From Trichosphaerium sp. ATCC 40318 (lineage: Eukaryota > Protista > Tubulinea): 64,000 nucleotides of DNA. How positions within the stretch are numbered: position 1 is the first letter of the stretch; the number at the start of each line of letters is the position of its first letter. A program made the position numbers and the translations under genes. The notes under the pieces were generated by a model. The model had not been told where the DNA came from. It saw only the letters and a list, made by a program, of their open reading frames with translations, and searched no databases. Shown here one piece after another: positions 23,942 to 36,862 of this stretch. The stretch is from positions 62,001 through 126,000 of the forward strand of contig JALMLS010000232.1 of NCBI GenBank assembly GCA_038496445.1, given 5' to 3'.

Positions 23942-26199
23942 ATGGAAGATAGAGGCCCATACATAAAACCAACAGAAGAAAAGGGCAAACACGACTATTC
24001 GACTTGGCCTCTACTACTCAAAGTAAATTGACATACGCATGGCTCTTTCTAACGTTTATTAAAGGATTACGACAAATTGGCTGTAAGAACTGGACACTAC
24101 ACACCAGTTGCCAAGGTTAGTTGCGAAACACCTATTTCATCATGGTAGCGATAGTATTAATCAACAGTAGGGTTTCTCACCTTTGAACAGACCAATATAC
24201 GATTATATCAGGTAAACGAACTCTTTTCATGCATAGTCGTTAATGCTGGCGTAGATATGGTGTAATTAACTTGGACAAACCTGCAAATCCTTCATCGCAC
24301 GAAGTAGTGTCCTGGATTCGTAAAATCTTGCAAGTTGACAAAACAGGTCACAGTGGTACTCTAGATCCTTCCGTACGTACCACCGAGCGAAGATCTGACA
24401 TTTGTGCTAAATGTTGATGTTTAGGTTACTGGGTGCTTAATTATTTGCATTGACAGAGCCACAAGACTCGTAAAGTCACAACAAGGCGCTGGTAAAGAGT
24501 ATGTATGCCTCTTGCGCCTTCGATCAGCATGTGATGAAGAAACTCTAAAACTTGCTGTAAAGAAACTCACCGGCGCTGTATACCAGCTCCCTCCTGTACG
24601 TCCTAATCCATTCAATTGCAATTTTTTTCCTCAAATGCGCTGCTTGTGATGAGAAACTCAGTAACGCGAAACTCGGGAGAGTGTTATGTGGAACTTGTTT
24701 GATATCTGAAGCTTCAAAATCTTGTTTGAGAAATAAGAGAAAAAAAAAATCAAAAAACTTTTTTTTTGGTTTTTCAACATTTTCTGACTTGTTTGTCATT
24801 TAGAAAGTTGCTGCTGTGCGTCGTCGTTTGCGTATTCGTAATATTTACGAATCAGAACTTCTTGAATTCAATAAAGACAAGAACCTTGCTATTATTCGTG
24901 TTGATTGTGAAGCAGGTACAATTTCCATAGCTTTATTCGTATTTTGCAGCGAAAGTACTTATTATTTTCTTAGGTACCTATATCAGAACTCTATGCGAGC
25001 ATCTTGGTTTGTTGACAGGTGCTGGTGGTCAAATGAGTGAACTAAGAAGAACAAGGTAAGAACAGTTTTCTTTTTTTTTCTGTTTTTTTTTTCTTCGGTT
25101 TTGGCGTATCTGTAACTTATATTTTAATCCTTAGATCTGGTATTCTGAATGAATATGATGACTTGGTTACTATGCATGATGTTCTTGACGCAAAATGGGC
25201 CTATGAAAACAATGGTGATGGTGCGTCGTATAGTTTAAAATTAGTATAAATGTACTAACTGTTTTACTTTAGAGAAATACTTGCGTAGAATCATTAAGCC
25301 TTTGGAATGGATCCTCACAAACTACAAAAAGATTGTCATCAAAGATTCAGCTGTAAACGCAGTTACATATGGCGCTCAATTGATGCTTCCAGGTGCGTTA
25401 TCAAATCTACATCATTAAATTCTTTTTGATCGAAATACTGATCCACTTTTTAGGTGTTTTACGGTTCAGTAAGGATATTGAAATTGATGAAGTTATCGTC
25501 ATGATGACCACAAAGGGTGAAGCCGTTGCTCTTGGTATCGCACAAATGACAGGAACAGTTATTGCTACTGCTGAACATGGTAAGTTTAGAAAACTTTTTT
25601 CTCGTAAAAATTCAGTTTACACTTGCAACTGTTATTCATTTTTTGATAGGTATGGTTGCAAAGATTAAGCGTGTTGTAATGGAGCGTGATACATACCCTA
25701 AACAATGGGGTATGGGTCCTTGGGCAGCAAAGAAAAAAAAGTACATTCAAGAAGGTTTAATGGGTAAACACGGTCAAGTTACTGATAAAACACCTGCCGA
25801 GTATCTATCTGCAATTGGTCACAAGCACCCTTCAGCATCAGCTGGTACAAAGAAGATTATTGAAGAGATTAAAGAAGAAAAGAGCGAAAAACAAGAAGCA
25901 GACGCTATGGATGTTGACGATGCTTCCTCTGATGAAGACAAACCTAAAAAGAAAGATAAGAAAGATAAAAAAGATAAAAAGGACAAAAAGGATAAAAAGG
26001 TACTGAACTTTGTGCATTTGGAAAGTGAAAAAATCTAGTCACGCATCAAACTTTTTTGGTTCTTTCTTTTTCGAGATTTAAGTTTAGTGATCTTATATGT
26101 TGTCTATAGGAGAAGAAGAGAAAGCGTAGAACATCTACTGATAGTGAACATAAGAAGAAGAAGCGCAGAAAGAGTAAATCTGACAAGAAGGAAGAGTGA
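23942..26199 (+). CDS. DKC1: Dyskerin/Cbf5, H/ACA RNP pseudouridine synthase
   Basis: [60 protein letters not shown]-repeat tail. Confidence 0.97.
24642..24712 (+). ncRNA. Candidate intronic box C/D snoRNA
   Basis: Box C GTGATGA at 24646-24652, box D CTGA at 24706-24709, closing GCT/AGC stem; ~70 nt, inside an unusually long (~200 nt) dyskerin intron. Confidence 0.55.
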
Positions 26200-26547
26200 A
26201 GCCCCTTTTTTGAAAAAAAAATATCAAAAGTTTTTACGGAGCTGAATCGATAAAACCTCTCTTGATTTCAATGTATCTGGGCTACTCTATGTCTCAATAC
26301 GTGTAATATCTATTGTTTCATGTATAGAGTATGTCTAAAGCGGAAGAGAAAGTGGCAAGCCGCTACCTCAAGACAATAAATGTTTGCTACCTTTTTGTAA
26401 TTTTTTTTTCGATTTCTTGAATTTAATTGACTTTTTTTTTCCCTTTGTATTGAGCCGGTACTCTACAGTTGTCATTTGTTTCGGCTTATAACGGCTAAAA
26501 CAGCATAAATTGGACCTAGCCGAAAGGCTTGAGAACCAACGGCCGAA

Positions 26548-29500
26548 ATGGAAGTAAAAGAAACCTCAGTAATTGAGATACCAAAATATTTGCTTTCAAG
26601 TGGCAAGAAGACGGAGATATCATGCGTGGCGTTTCATCCAACAGCTGCGCGAATGGCTATAGCAATAGAAGAACAAGTATTTGGTACGGTGATAGCTGAA
26701 CGCTCAGTGTATATCACTAGCAGTGCATAAAGGCGTTTAGCGTTTTTTTTGTTATAATTGCTACTCGCCGTTGTGCTCTATTTGTTACCAACAACGCTTT
26801 TAGTGACGGATGTGTACTCTAAAACATACTCTCAACCGCTGTCAGCTCATGGATTAATACAGCAAGTATTTCTATCGCCAAGTACCTATCTTGGCGCTGT
26901 GCTAGAGGTACAGCTACATTAGGGCCTTTGTGGTTGTTTTGTAAAAAGGAATTTTTTTTTGTACGTTGTTACTTATTGTACGAAGGACATGAGTTTATAT
27001 GTGTGGGACCTTACAACAATGCGATTAAGAAACATTTGCAATTTGGGCACGCTAGCGCAGACGTCAAGGACCAAAAACGCTACATTGCTATTGGCAGTCA
27101 GTTATACAAATGACAGGCTATTTTATACGTTCAAGGGAGCTAAACAAGTATACAGTACGACATTTTTTTTATTTTTACTCCCAGCGATCATCTTCGCCAG
27201 TACATGCTTATTGGTTTGCACTCATGTTGACACTAGTGTTGAATATTTTGACGAGTAAAATTGACTACTTTACAGTGAAAAAACCGATCGTTGTAATGAC
27301 TTGTCACCCAAAGAAGCCACGATTGGTGCGTTTTATTAAGCATTTTTTTACAAAATGATTAAAATGACAGACGCCTTGTTACAATTATTTCACTAAGCTC
27401 AATCTCTGTTGTAGGCGTACGTAACAAATGATGCTTGTTTAAATATATATTGGTACGAGCAAAAAGAAAGAAAACGATGCCAGTACGATGGTACGTAAAT
27501 TTTCTTTTTCTTTTTTTTTTTTCCCATTTATTTTTTAGATCTTGTTAAAAAACAGAATGTATCTCCTGTGAAATCTGTTGCTTTTCATCCAAATGGAGAA
27601 TATATAGTAGTTGGTACTACAAATGGAGCTTTCACATGTTGGGCTCTCAATAAAAAGCCAAACCTTTATGGATCGTACGTCCAACAAACAGTTTTCATTG
27701 AATTGATTCACCTTAAACTTACTTTTTTTATGTAAAGCAATAAGGCACATTCTACTAGAGGTCAGACAGATGATACAATAAAACAAGTAATATTTCATTC
27801 TACATTACCATACTTGTTTGTTATAACGAGGAACGGAGAACTTCAAATTTGGAGATTTTATCAAACGCGAAAGTTCTGCTTTCAATATGGTACCCCTTTT
27901 TTTTTGACTTTTTTCTCTTTCTTTTTCTCTCTCCTTGCTGTTATATTATTGGTATGTGTTAATATATTATAGTGTCTTCTGTTTATCCTAGTGAGGTCGA
28001 AGAGAGTTATAGATACTCACACCTACCATCGTATACATCGGTTGCGTGCGAGAAATTGTTGTTGTCAAATACACATACCCATGCATTGTCTAATATGGTC
28101 TGCTTCACATATAGAGTACGTAAATGCCTTGTTCAAATAGGATATATTTTTGTTGGCAAAAGGAAAAGAACTAAGATGTATGTTTAGCAAGTAGGAGATG
28201 ATCTTAAGCATCAAGTGAAGAAAAGACATTTGATTTCTTCTATTCGGTTACATATATACTCTATGAGAAACAAAAATGTTGTTTGGGCATTACCAAAGTG
28301 TTCACCACGGCCTAAATCTTATGAGTATTTTATCAAGGCCTCGATAGCACGTATGTTCTTTTTTTTTTTCAGCAGAAAAAAGAAATTTGGGGGATTGATG
28401 TTAACGTGATTGTGTAGGACCTGGCGATGCTGTCTTCTTACACAGTGGTGAATGCTACTTTATAGATGAGTTCAGAGGTAGTCTTATGGCTTATTCTCTT
28501 GCAACACATGAAGTGTCAATTGTACAAATGCTTCCTTCTTCTACTAAGGTATTTTGTTTGTTTTTTTTTGTTTGTTGTGTTAGAGCCTTTTTTGTGTTTA
28601 CCGATTTTCTTTTTGTAGAAGATTAAGAGTGGAAGCTTGTCTATGCTTAAAGTTGCGAAGTTAGTTCATAGCACACAAACAAATCAGTTCCTTGTATTTT
28701 TAATTGCTCATACTGAGGATACAGCTTCAAAGAAACGAACACATAGTTATAAGTACATGCTTATTAATAATGAAAAAGATCCTGAGTTCTACTTTGGTGG
28801 TACGAACTTTTGTTAAAGTATATTATACTTTGAAGATAGGCAGTCAAATAGAAGGACTTATTTACTAATTATTTTATTAAAGGGCGTGATGGCGCATTTA
28901 TTGGATCGAACGAGTCTCAGTATATTGTGTTATGTGAGGATGGTCAATCAGTATGTATTATTCCATCAACTACCTCAGAGTTTGTTGGAATGCCAACACA
29001 GCTTTCCCTTGGCATTACTGTGTCTTGTTTATTTGGAACTCCACTGAGTACGTCAAATAAGTTCGTTTTTTTTTTTTGGTATTCACGTGCTTGTGTTTTT
29101 ATTAGATGATGGATTGACTGTTATGTTTGTTGATAAGAGGCGTCGCCGTGTTTATTTATCTGCTAAAGATCCAATTGATAAAGATGCTTGTACATATACT
29201 GTTGCCAGGCGACCAAATATACAATTAGTTGCTGATGAGCGTGTCATCCAAGTACGATAATAGAGCTCTAGTTTTTTTTTTGAACGTATCGTATTGACAT
29301 TGTTGTAGGTTACTTGGCAAGATCATCCTAGCACTCAACCTATTTGTGCAATGCTAACGAGTAGGCGCGTTATTATTTGCTCATATAAGCTTGAGATAAT
29401 AGCACAACATAAAAGTACACTTACAAGTGAAGACGGCATACCCAACGTAAAACTATTCTTTTAACATTTCACCATCTGATTATTTTTCTTTCTGTAGATG

Positions 29501-32461
29501 TTGAGTATATACTGGTTGGGATTCACTCTTCTCATTACCACGCCAACAGAACTTCTTGGCATGACAATGAATGGTGTCTTGCATAGAATTCGTGGTCTTT
29601 CAAACCCATTATTAAGTACGAGGTTATTTTACAGATACTCTATACTGACTTAAATGAAAGCGATTGTACAAGCCCTCAATGATAGTATTATCTTGGCTGG
29701 TCCATCAGGACATGCTCTAAAGATATATCGTCAAGCAATCACATTATTTCAGCCACTACTACGCGTATGGGAAGAATGTCTTTGAAGTATCTAATTTTTT
29801 TGCTTTTAGGGTTTTGTTCAATTGAAAGGCAAATACTCACTTCCACCACCTACAATGAGAGATGTTATAAAAAATGTTGTTGCTATGTATGCTTGCAATG
29901 TTGATTATGATTTCATTCGAGAATTGGACACTAAAGGACATGCTGAGCTTGCATTGAAGCTTCTTGTTTCTCATCCAAAGTTTATAAATTGGGAGAACCG
30001 TGATTATGTTTTCCGTTTAGCTCTTCGGTAAGTTTGTTCCTTTTATATACATACAAAGGTTTACTAATATATTATTTCTATAGTACATTGGACTTTAATC
30101 AGGCACATAAAATTCTTATATCGTACAAAGAGAAAGCAAGTGAGGTTGAAGAAAGTACTGAATCTGGTAAGTAATCCTTATCTTCAAAAAATCGTTTTTT
30201 TTGGTTGCTTTGTTTTTCGGTGTTTTGACATTCTTTTCTTAGTATCTACTGTTATAAATTGCTACCTTAATGAGCTTGCACAAGTGGCAATGCATTATGG
30301 ACAGTTTAAACTTGCAAAGAAATGCTACGAGACACTCGGAGATGGTGCTTCTCTTCTATACTTGTATACTATATCCCAAAATAAGGAAGGCATAAAAAAG
30401 GTTAAGGCTGAGTATGGTCCTATGAACAAGGCATTAGATGCTGCTAGTAATAAGCAACTAGACTTATTGGATGATTACAAAGCTTGCTTGAAGCGTCAAA
30501 TGGAAGCCAAGGTTCGATTTTCGACGAATCTTTTTTCTTCCTCTAAGCTCTTTCCACAGAGTGCTGAAGAGAAAGCTACAGCAGCAGCTGATGAAGAAAC
30601 ATCACTGAAATCTAAGGAGGAGAAGAGCGAAAAATCAGGTAATGGAGAGAAAGAAGGAGATAAGGAAGAAGATGAAGACGAAAATGATCCGTTCGTGCTT
30701 AAGGATATTCCGTTTAAGGCACGTCTTGAAATATCGTTCGGTTGTAACACTCTTCGTTAGGCAGATAAGCGAATACAGATTGGTGAACTTCATAAGACAC
30801 TACAGTGTCGTATGGAGACTCGCAAGGCTAAAATGGGTCGTGGTGGATCAATGATGCCAATGGTGGACTTTACTAATATTAACTCATGGATATATGATGC
30901 ACCAGCCAAGTACTTTCAAATGTACGACCTCTTGCCCTTTTTTTACAGCTTCCTCTATGATATTAGAAGTCTCAGTTTGTTCTTTTAGACCTAAGTCCCT
31001 CATTGGTGTGTTTGGAGACCCAAATGCCAAGCAGATTCAAGCGAACAGACAGCCGAAAGACAATATCCTTTTGAAGAACATTTTTAGTAGTTTGGTTGGA
31101 AAACTCTTGTTTCCTTAACTAAGCCTACATGAGACGTCTTCTGATGATACTCTTGGTTCTGAAGATGCTAGTAACTCTAATTCAACTACAGAAGCATCAG
31201 ATTCTGGCTTTGCACCACGTGCTCATATCATATCAAAGCCATCAACACGTATTGCTTTTTTTTTTTCTGTTTTAAGTAGTCACTTATTGTTTTTTTGTAG
31301 ACGAGTTAACAGTTATGAGGTCAGCTACGTTGTCCAGGTACTTAGAACAAAAAAAAACAGTAGTATAGAGGCATAAGCGAGTGTTCTTTATCATAAGCAT
31401 AAAAAACAACAAAGCACTCTTGTGTCCAATAGATAGCATCAACAGATTTTTATGTATAGTTTACTTACAATTTTCTTAGTATGATTATGAAACGCCCGCA
31501 TTCTTCGGGCCAAATCTTACAGTCAGGTAGTTTTGCAACTGGAAGTCCTAGGTATACACCAACACCTCGTAGTGGAGATAATACGCAGTACGTCAGTGTA
31601 TACAGAATGATCTTTTGTTATTTGTAAAAAAAAGCTTTTTTGGATTCTTGTGATTGTCCTTGTTTGTTACTTCTACTTAGGGCTGCGTTTTACTATTTTG
31701 ACTATTGTCGTACTCTGCTAGAGGCAGGGGATTTCCATGGTGCCTTGAGGGAGATAACCTACTGCCTTAACAAGATGGGTATGTTGTGCTTTATTTTTTT
31801 GTGTTCGAGTGTTTTAATGCTCATTTTTATCCACAGGCAAGGCAGATCGTAACTCAGATAAGATTAAGATTATACTATCTTATACGATAGTTATAAAAAT
31901 CCTAATTGAACTCGCAAAGCTCGGCAAGGAGAGAGGTAGTTAAAGCTTTCAAACTTCTGTTTGGTATGTGTTAAAATGTTGATTAGGGACTGGCGCCAAA
32001 ATGGCTTTACTTACCCAGTGTGCCGCTCAATTACACTTAATTCCAAAACATAGATTAGTTATTACACGTATGGCTATTAAGAGGAACAAATTGGTGTCTA
32101 ACTTTGGAGTAATGGCAACTTTCATCGAGGTGTGTGTTTTTTCTTCAATGAAAATGTTGTTAGTTGATTTTCTGATTTTATCTTTAGATGCTGTTACAAG
32201 TTGACCTTGCCGATAAAGAGGTACTAAAATCACAACTATCAGATTGCAATGCACGGAAGCGTGTCAATGAGGGACCTGTTCTTGATGATAAAGCATGGGA
32301 TTCTTTCATGAAACATTTGAAACAGTGCGTCATTTTTATATTTTATTGTTTTTTTTGTTGATAGTTCACTAAAGCAATGTTTTTTTTTCAATTATAGGAA
32401 TCATACAAATCCAGTTCAAGTTATTTATGAAGCACATGAAAATGTTTTGAAGAAACCTTAA
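26548..32461 (+). CDS. TSET complex WD40/solenoid subunit TTRAY2 (plant TWD40-2 / Dictyostelium tstF-like)
   Basis: N-terminal WD40 (VAFHP); GRDGAFIGSNESQY; DERVIQVTWQ..MLTSRRVII; C-terminal LHLIPKHRLVITRMAIKRNKLVSNF, which resembles TWD40-2 LPLLAKHRINCIRTAIKRN as I recall it. Confidence 0.8.
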
Positions 32462-33716
32462 AAGGAAAGTTGTTAATAAACATATCTACCCATCTCTTTT
32501 TTCTTTCTTCTGTTAGTCGTTTCAAAAAAGTCCCATGTGACAACATGAGTGAAGCCATTTTTGTGTTTGTGTTTATAGTACAACGTCCTCCTCGTTTTTT
32601 TGCGTATTAAATCGTATTCGGAATTCACACGAAATAAGGATCTTCTACAGTGATGAATGAACTTATATCAAACAGCATTAAGTTAAGGTGTACGTTTTTG
32701 TTTAACCTAATTTTATGTTGATTTTACGTCATGATTGCTGCAAAGTGTAACCTAGCGTACTGCTACAATCAATTGAACTCGTACTCTTTGTTGATTGCAC
32801 TATGAGGGTCTAAAGATTTGGAAGAAATGTGGAAGTACACAAACTAAATAAGGGCTTAGAACCAAAACTGACGTCAAGAGAACTCTTGCGCATGCATTCT
32901 TTAAGAGTACAGGATTGACTATCTTTCTAAAACGAGATTTATTGCTTACAGACGCTGTACGTACAAGGGCGGTATAGCGAGGAAATACCTCTCATGGCGA
33001 CAATCTATTAAGTGTTCGATATGTGAATTGCTTTAGCAACTGACTATTGTGTAGAATACTTGAAATTGCAAAAGGTTTTTGCATGAAAGTATAGTGTGCA
33101 AACACTCACCAATGTCAAGAACTATGTGCAATGTCACAGGAACTTATTGCTGCTATCGAGTTTTATGCTAGTCGCATCCTATTAATTACCAAGACCAATA
33201 GAGAGATTAAATCTCAAAAAAAGAAACAAACAAGAAATTGCTTCGTTTGAAAAAAAGAAGTTGGAGAATTTGTGTATTTTCACCTCATGGTATTTGATCT
33301 TATTACTATGCCCCATAACTCCATTGAGCCCATTGCATCACAAAGAATAATATCCTTGTTGTTCATCATGTGTGTGACGGCGTTTTTTGATAAACAAGTC
33401 GTACAAAACAAAGGGTTGGAAATTTCACTCTTTTTTTCGAATTAGTGGGTATTGGTGTGAGAAAAAACGGTGAATAGTGGAAAGTGGAAGTGGCAATTCC
33501 AAGTTTTCTTTACAGAAATGTGGCATAATTAATTTTGGACCATGATTCTGGAACTTTTGAAACGGTTGACGAAACACGTGTTACATCGCTGGTAGAAAAA
33601 CCAACAACAAAAATTTGATACAATATAATTCAATTATTTGTACATAGTTGTTAAATGTTTACGCTGCCATTGTTTTCAAATTGCCAAATAGAAGATGACT
33701 GAGAAGAAGTCAAACA

Positions 33717-34562
33717 CTATGTTTTTTCGCCATCTACCCAAATGCACTGTGACTTTTGTTGTCCATTCTCATACCATTCTGTAGTTATACCATGCCGTCT
33801 ATCATCTACCCACATGGATTGTGACTTTTGTTGTCCATTACTGTACCATTTCGTAGTTGTTCCATGCCGTTCATCATCTACCCACATGGATTGTGACTTT
33901 TGTTGTCCATTACTGTACCATTTCGTAGTTGTTCCATGCCGTTCATTATCTACCCACATGGATTGTTCCTTTTGTTGTCCATTATCGTACCATTTCGTAG
34001 TTGTTCCATGCTGTTTATCATCTACCCACATGCGCTGTGACTGTTGTTGCCCATTTTTGTGCCATCCTTTACTTTCACCATGTACTTTACCATCGACCCA
34101 CATAAGCTGGTACTCAAGTTGGCCATTTTTGTACCATCCTTTACTTTCGCCATGTCTTATACCATCGACCCACATAAGCTGGTGCTTAAGTTGACCATTT
34201 TTGTACCATTCTTTACTTTCACCATGTACTTTACTATCGGCCCACATAATTTGTGTCTGAAGTTCACCACTTGCATACCATTGTTTGCATTCACCATGTT
34301 GCTTACCATTGATGAGCGTATATGAGTACTTTAATTGTCCGTTTGTATACCATTCTTTGCCAGGGCCATTCACTACATGCTGATGTAACTGAACCTTTCC
34401 ACTTTTGTACCATCGTATCCACATTCCTTTCTTTTGTAATGTTTCATCATAATGAGTATTAATTGCAGCTCTCTTTGATAGAGTATGGAATTTTGTGAAT
34501 GCTCCAGCGTTGAAAGTACAAATGTACATCTGAAGCTCACGTGGAATATCCAATAAATTCAT
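33717..34562 (-). CDS. Intronless F-box-like + MORN-variant repeat protein
   Basis: MNLLDIPRELQMYI (F-box-like), then ~8-9 24-aa repeats of the form HGxxKxWYxNGQ. Confidence 0.85.
   Translation of the reverse strand: MNLLDIPRELQMYICTFNAGAFTKFHTLSKRAAINTHYDETLQKKGMWIRWYKSGKVQLHQHVVNGPGKEWYTNGQLKYSYTLINGKQHGECKQWYASGELQTQIMWADSKVHGESKEWYKNGQLKHQLMWVDGIRHGESKGWYKNGQLEYQLMWVDGKVHGESKGWHKNGQQQSQRMWVDDKQHGTTTKWYDNGQQKEQSMWVDNERHGTTTKWYSNGQQKSQSMWVDDERHGTTTKWYSNGQQKSQSMWVDDRRHGITTEWYENGQQKSQCIWVDGEKT
33730..34300. repeat. Coding tandem repeat, 72-bp unit (MORN repeats)
   Basis: Near-identical adjacent copies such as tcatctacccacatggattgtgacttttgttgtccattactgtaccatttcgtagttgttccatgccg. Confidence 0.9.
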
Positions 34563-35929
34563 AGTACCCAATTTACTTGATTTTTCGACCTCTTGGCTGT
34601 TGAACTGTTGAATACAAATAAATGTTAGAATACAAAAATAATTTATGGGTTGGCAAGAGAGCTCCAAATGGTGAAACGCTATCTTTGCTTGAATTTAAAT
34701 CATACAGAAGCAAACACTGTCTGTGTTAAAAAAGCACCAAAACACGTGATTTCTGAGAAATAGAACATGCGAAAACATCACTAAATTTCTTGAAAAGATA
34801 AACTCATTGAAAGTGGCTTTTGAAAGAGTGGATTTGATGTTTTACTTAAAATCGTGTTATTTCAGGTCGAACCTGAACTAATATTTGTTTTTGTAGCTAA
34901 TCCACTTGTAAGTTTGTTAATTTCACTGTAACGCAACTAAACTTGTTGTGTGCTGTGTTTTACGTACCACAATTACTACTGGACCGATTGCAATACGTTC
35001 AATAAGGAGTGGCACTACAAGACCTCCAGCTCTTTATTGAGAAGAAATCTTTGCAGCGTTGACTGTTTTCGAAAATTGAACGGCTTGTGTTGAAACGTTG
35101 AAGGGCACACGAAAGATGAGAATATGTGTAAGAGACGTGGCCTTAGTTGTAGGATATTACCGTATTTATTAAAGGTCATTGCATAATTCAGAGAATACAT
35201 ATTAATGTCATTATTGAGATAACATTAATCTCATGGTTAAATGTAATCAGAGAATAGTAACGTATGCTGTTGCACGCTACATGTACCTACATCGAAGTAT
35301 CTTCTCTCGGAAGCCGGTGTTCTATCAAACCTGGTGAATGCGCTTATTGTCTTATTGGACGGACTTTATTACTCAGCCGTAGCCTTCTACCACGTCTGAT
35401 TCGGTTTGCTACTGCCTCAGTCTTTTTATGGTATATCTTTCTTACGAGCGTATCTCCAAGGGCAGTTGAAAGATTAATCGCAACTAGTGCATCTTTGGGA
35501 GCTTGAGATCTGAATAGCGGAACTTTTACATGTAGTTATACTGTATTTGATTCAGAATTTGTGTGGTCTTACCCAAGATGTTGCATAACTATAGTACCAT
35601 ATTTATTTTTAAAGTGCATCTTTAACATAACTATGATAGTGATTGGGGCACATAACAAGAAACTTGTATGACTTTGACCCTTTTGACAAATATCGAAATT
35701 TTTTTTTGTCGCCGTTTTGCTTTTGTCTGTTCGTAGGCGCTGTTTAGTCCGAAACGAAAACAATAGTACTAGAGCGCTGACCCGGTTTGTAAGTGGTAGT
35801 TTTGGAAAACAGAAATAATAGAAGTGGTTCGTGCGTGGACTTGTCCTTTATTTATAATTATACAATTTGTAAAAACGAACATCTTCTGTACAAGTTTAGA
35901 TGTTCGAGTCTACTGAAGATGTTTCCACG

Positions 35930-36373
35930 TTACATGTCAACACCGTGCGCTTCACAAATGTCCAACCACCATTTGGGACCAACACTCTCCATTTCACGTG
36001 TGTAGTTTTCAAATATCTCCTCGCCGGCTTCAATGTCTTTCAAAGCGTACATACGTCCTAGTTTCTCATCGTAAGGCATAGTTTCATCATGACCAATGTT
36101 ATTTTTAGTGTCATGGTGGTTTATATTACGACTTCCGTTCTTTTCATACATCACAATGCCATATGAAGCGTAAGTGTAACCCAGGAATGTAACTCTTTCT
36201 TCCTCCGGCATTGTTTTAAGTTTGTTCAAAAGTTGTTCTTTTGTATTGAAGATAATGTTGTCTCGAGGCCTCCAAACCCACATTAGAGTACCCTTCGGTA
36301 TAAAATGAGTTGCGAAAGCGCCATTACCAGCGTTTGGGATTGTAGATTGCTTGATGTCGAAAGCTATTTGCAT
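35930..36373 (-). CDS. Intronless stand-alone SET-domain lysine methyltransferase (147 aa)
   Basis: STIPNAGNGAFATHFIPKG, INHH..NNI, YALKDIEAGEEIFENY. Confidence 0.9.
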   Translation of the reverse strand: MQIAFDIKQSTIPNAGNGAFATHFIPKGTLMWVWRPRDNIIFNTKEQLLNKLKTMPEEERVTFLGYTYASYGIVMYEKNGSRNINHHDTKNNIGHDETMPYDEKLGRMYALKDIEAGEEIFENYTREMESVGPKWWLDICEAHGVDM

Positions 36374-36862
36374 TTTTATTTGGGATGTGTTGTTGGTGAT
36401 GTGTGTTTCAGTTTTAACAAAAGGGTTTTTGATATGTAACTATGTTGACCCGTTGGAGAACGTTATGTTCACAGTGCGTGATTGGTTGTGTTCCCGTGTT
36501 TAAGTATTATTCAGTGAATAATTCTGACCTTTCAACTGCTTTTGTTAACAATGGTATTCTAAAGGTGTATATAGCAATAAAACATCTATGGCGAATTTAG
36601 TTTTTTGGGAGTTTTTGAAAACGCCTTTCCATCAACACTTTTCTTCAACTTTCCCCTTTCACCGAGCCTATCCTGTACATGTTGAACTTGTAACTTGTTG
36701 AACGGCCTTTTGGTGCTCTTACCTGGTCATGTTCTCTAGCGGAGAAATGGCGCAAAGAGTTTCGAAGAGTCGCTACACGTGTTAAATATCTGCTGTTTTT
36801 TCTGCACAATCACGTTTGAGCTTTTATGGTGACAATAATAGACCAACAACTAATTACACACT

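Noticed and set aside
23820-24040. Upstream start at 24040 (-) that would overlap dyskerin exon 1
   Set aside because: It needs a 4-nt first exon antisense to a conserved exon; the ATG at 23819 directly precedes the UBA-like domain and is more parsimonious
9470-33030. Possible stop-codon reassignment, suggested by in-frame TAA in several weak frames (~9485, ~15186, ~33008) and the odd tRNA
   Set aside because: Conserved genes end at TAA, TAG and TGA at the expected positions, no conserved exon contains an internal stop, and the tRNA anticodon is UUC
32545-33260. Possible small spliced gene on +
   Set aside because: Splice-like signals are present, but I could not build a stop-free frame or recognise a domain
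33730-34300. CRISPR-like array
   Set aside because: The units are contiguous 72-bp in-frame coding repeats without unique spacers, in a eukaryotic context
35260-35770. Short ORFs between the MORN and SET genes
   Set aside because: No motif; the plausible splice leads to early stops
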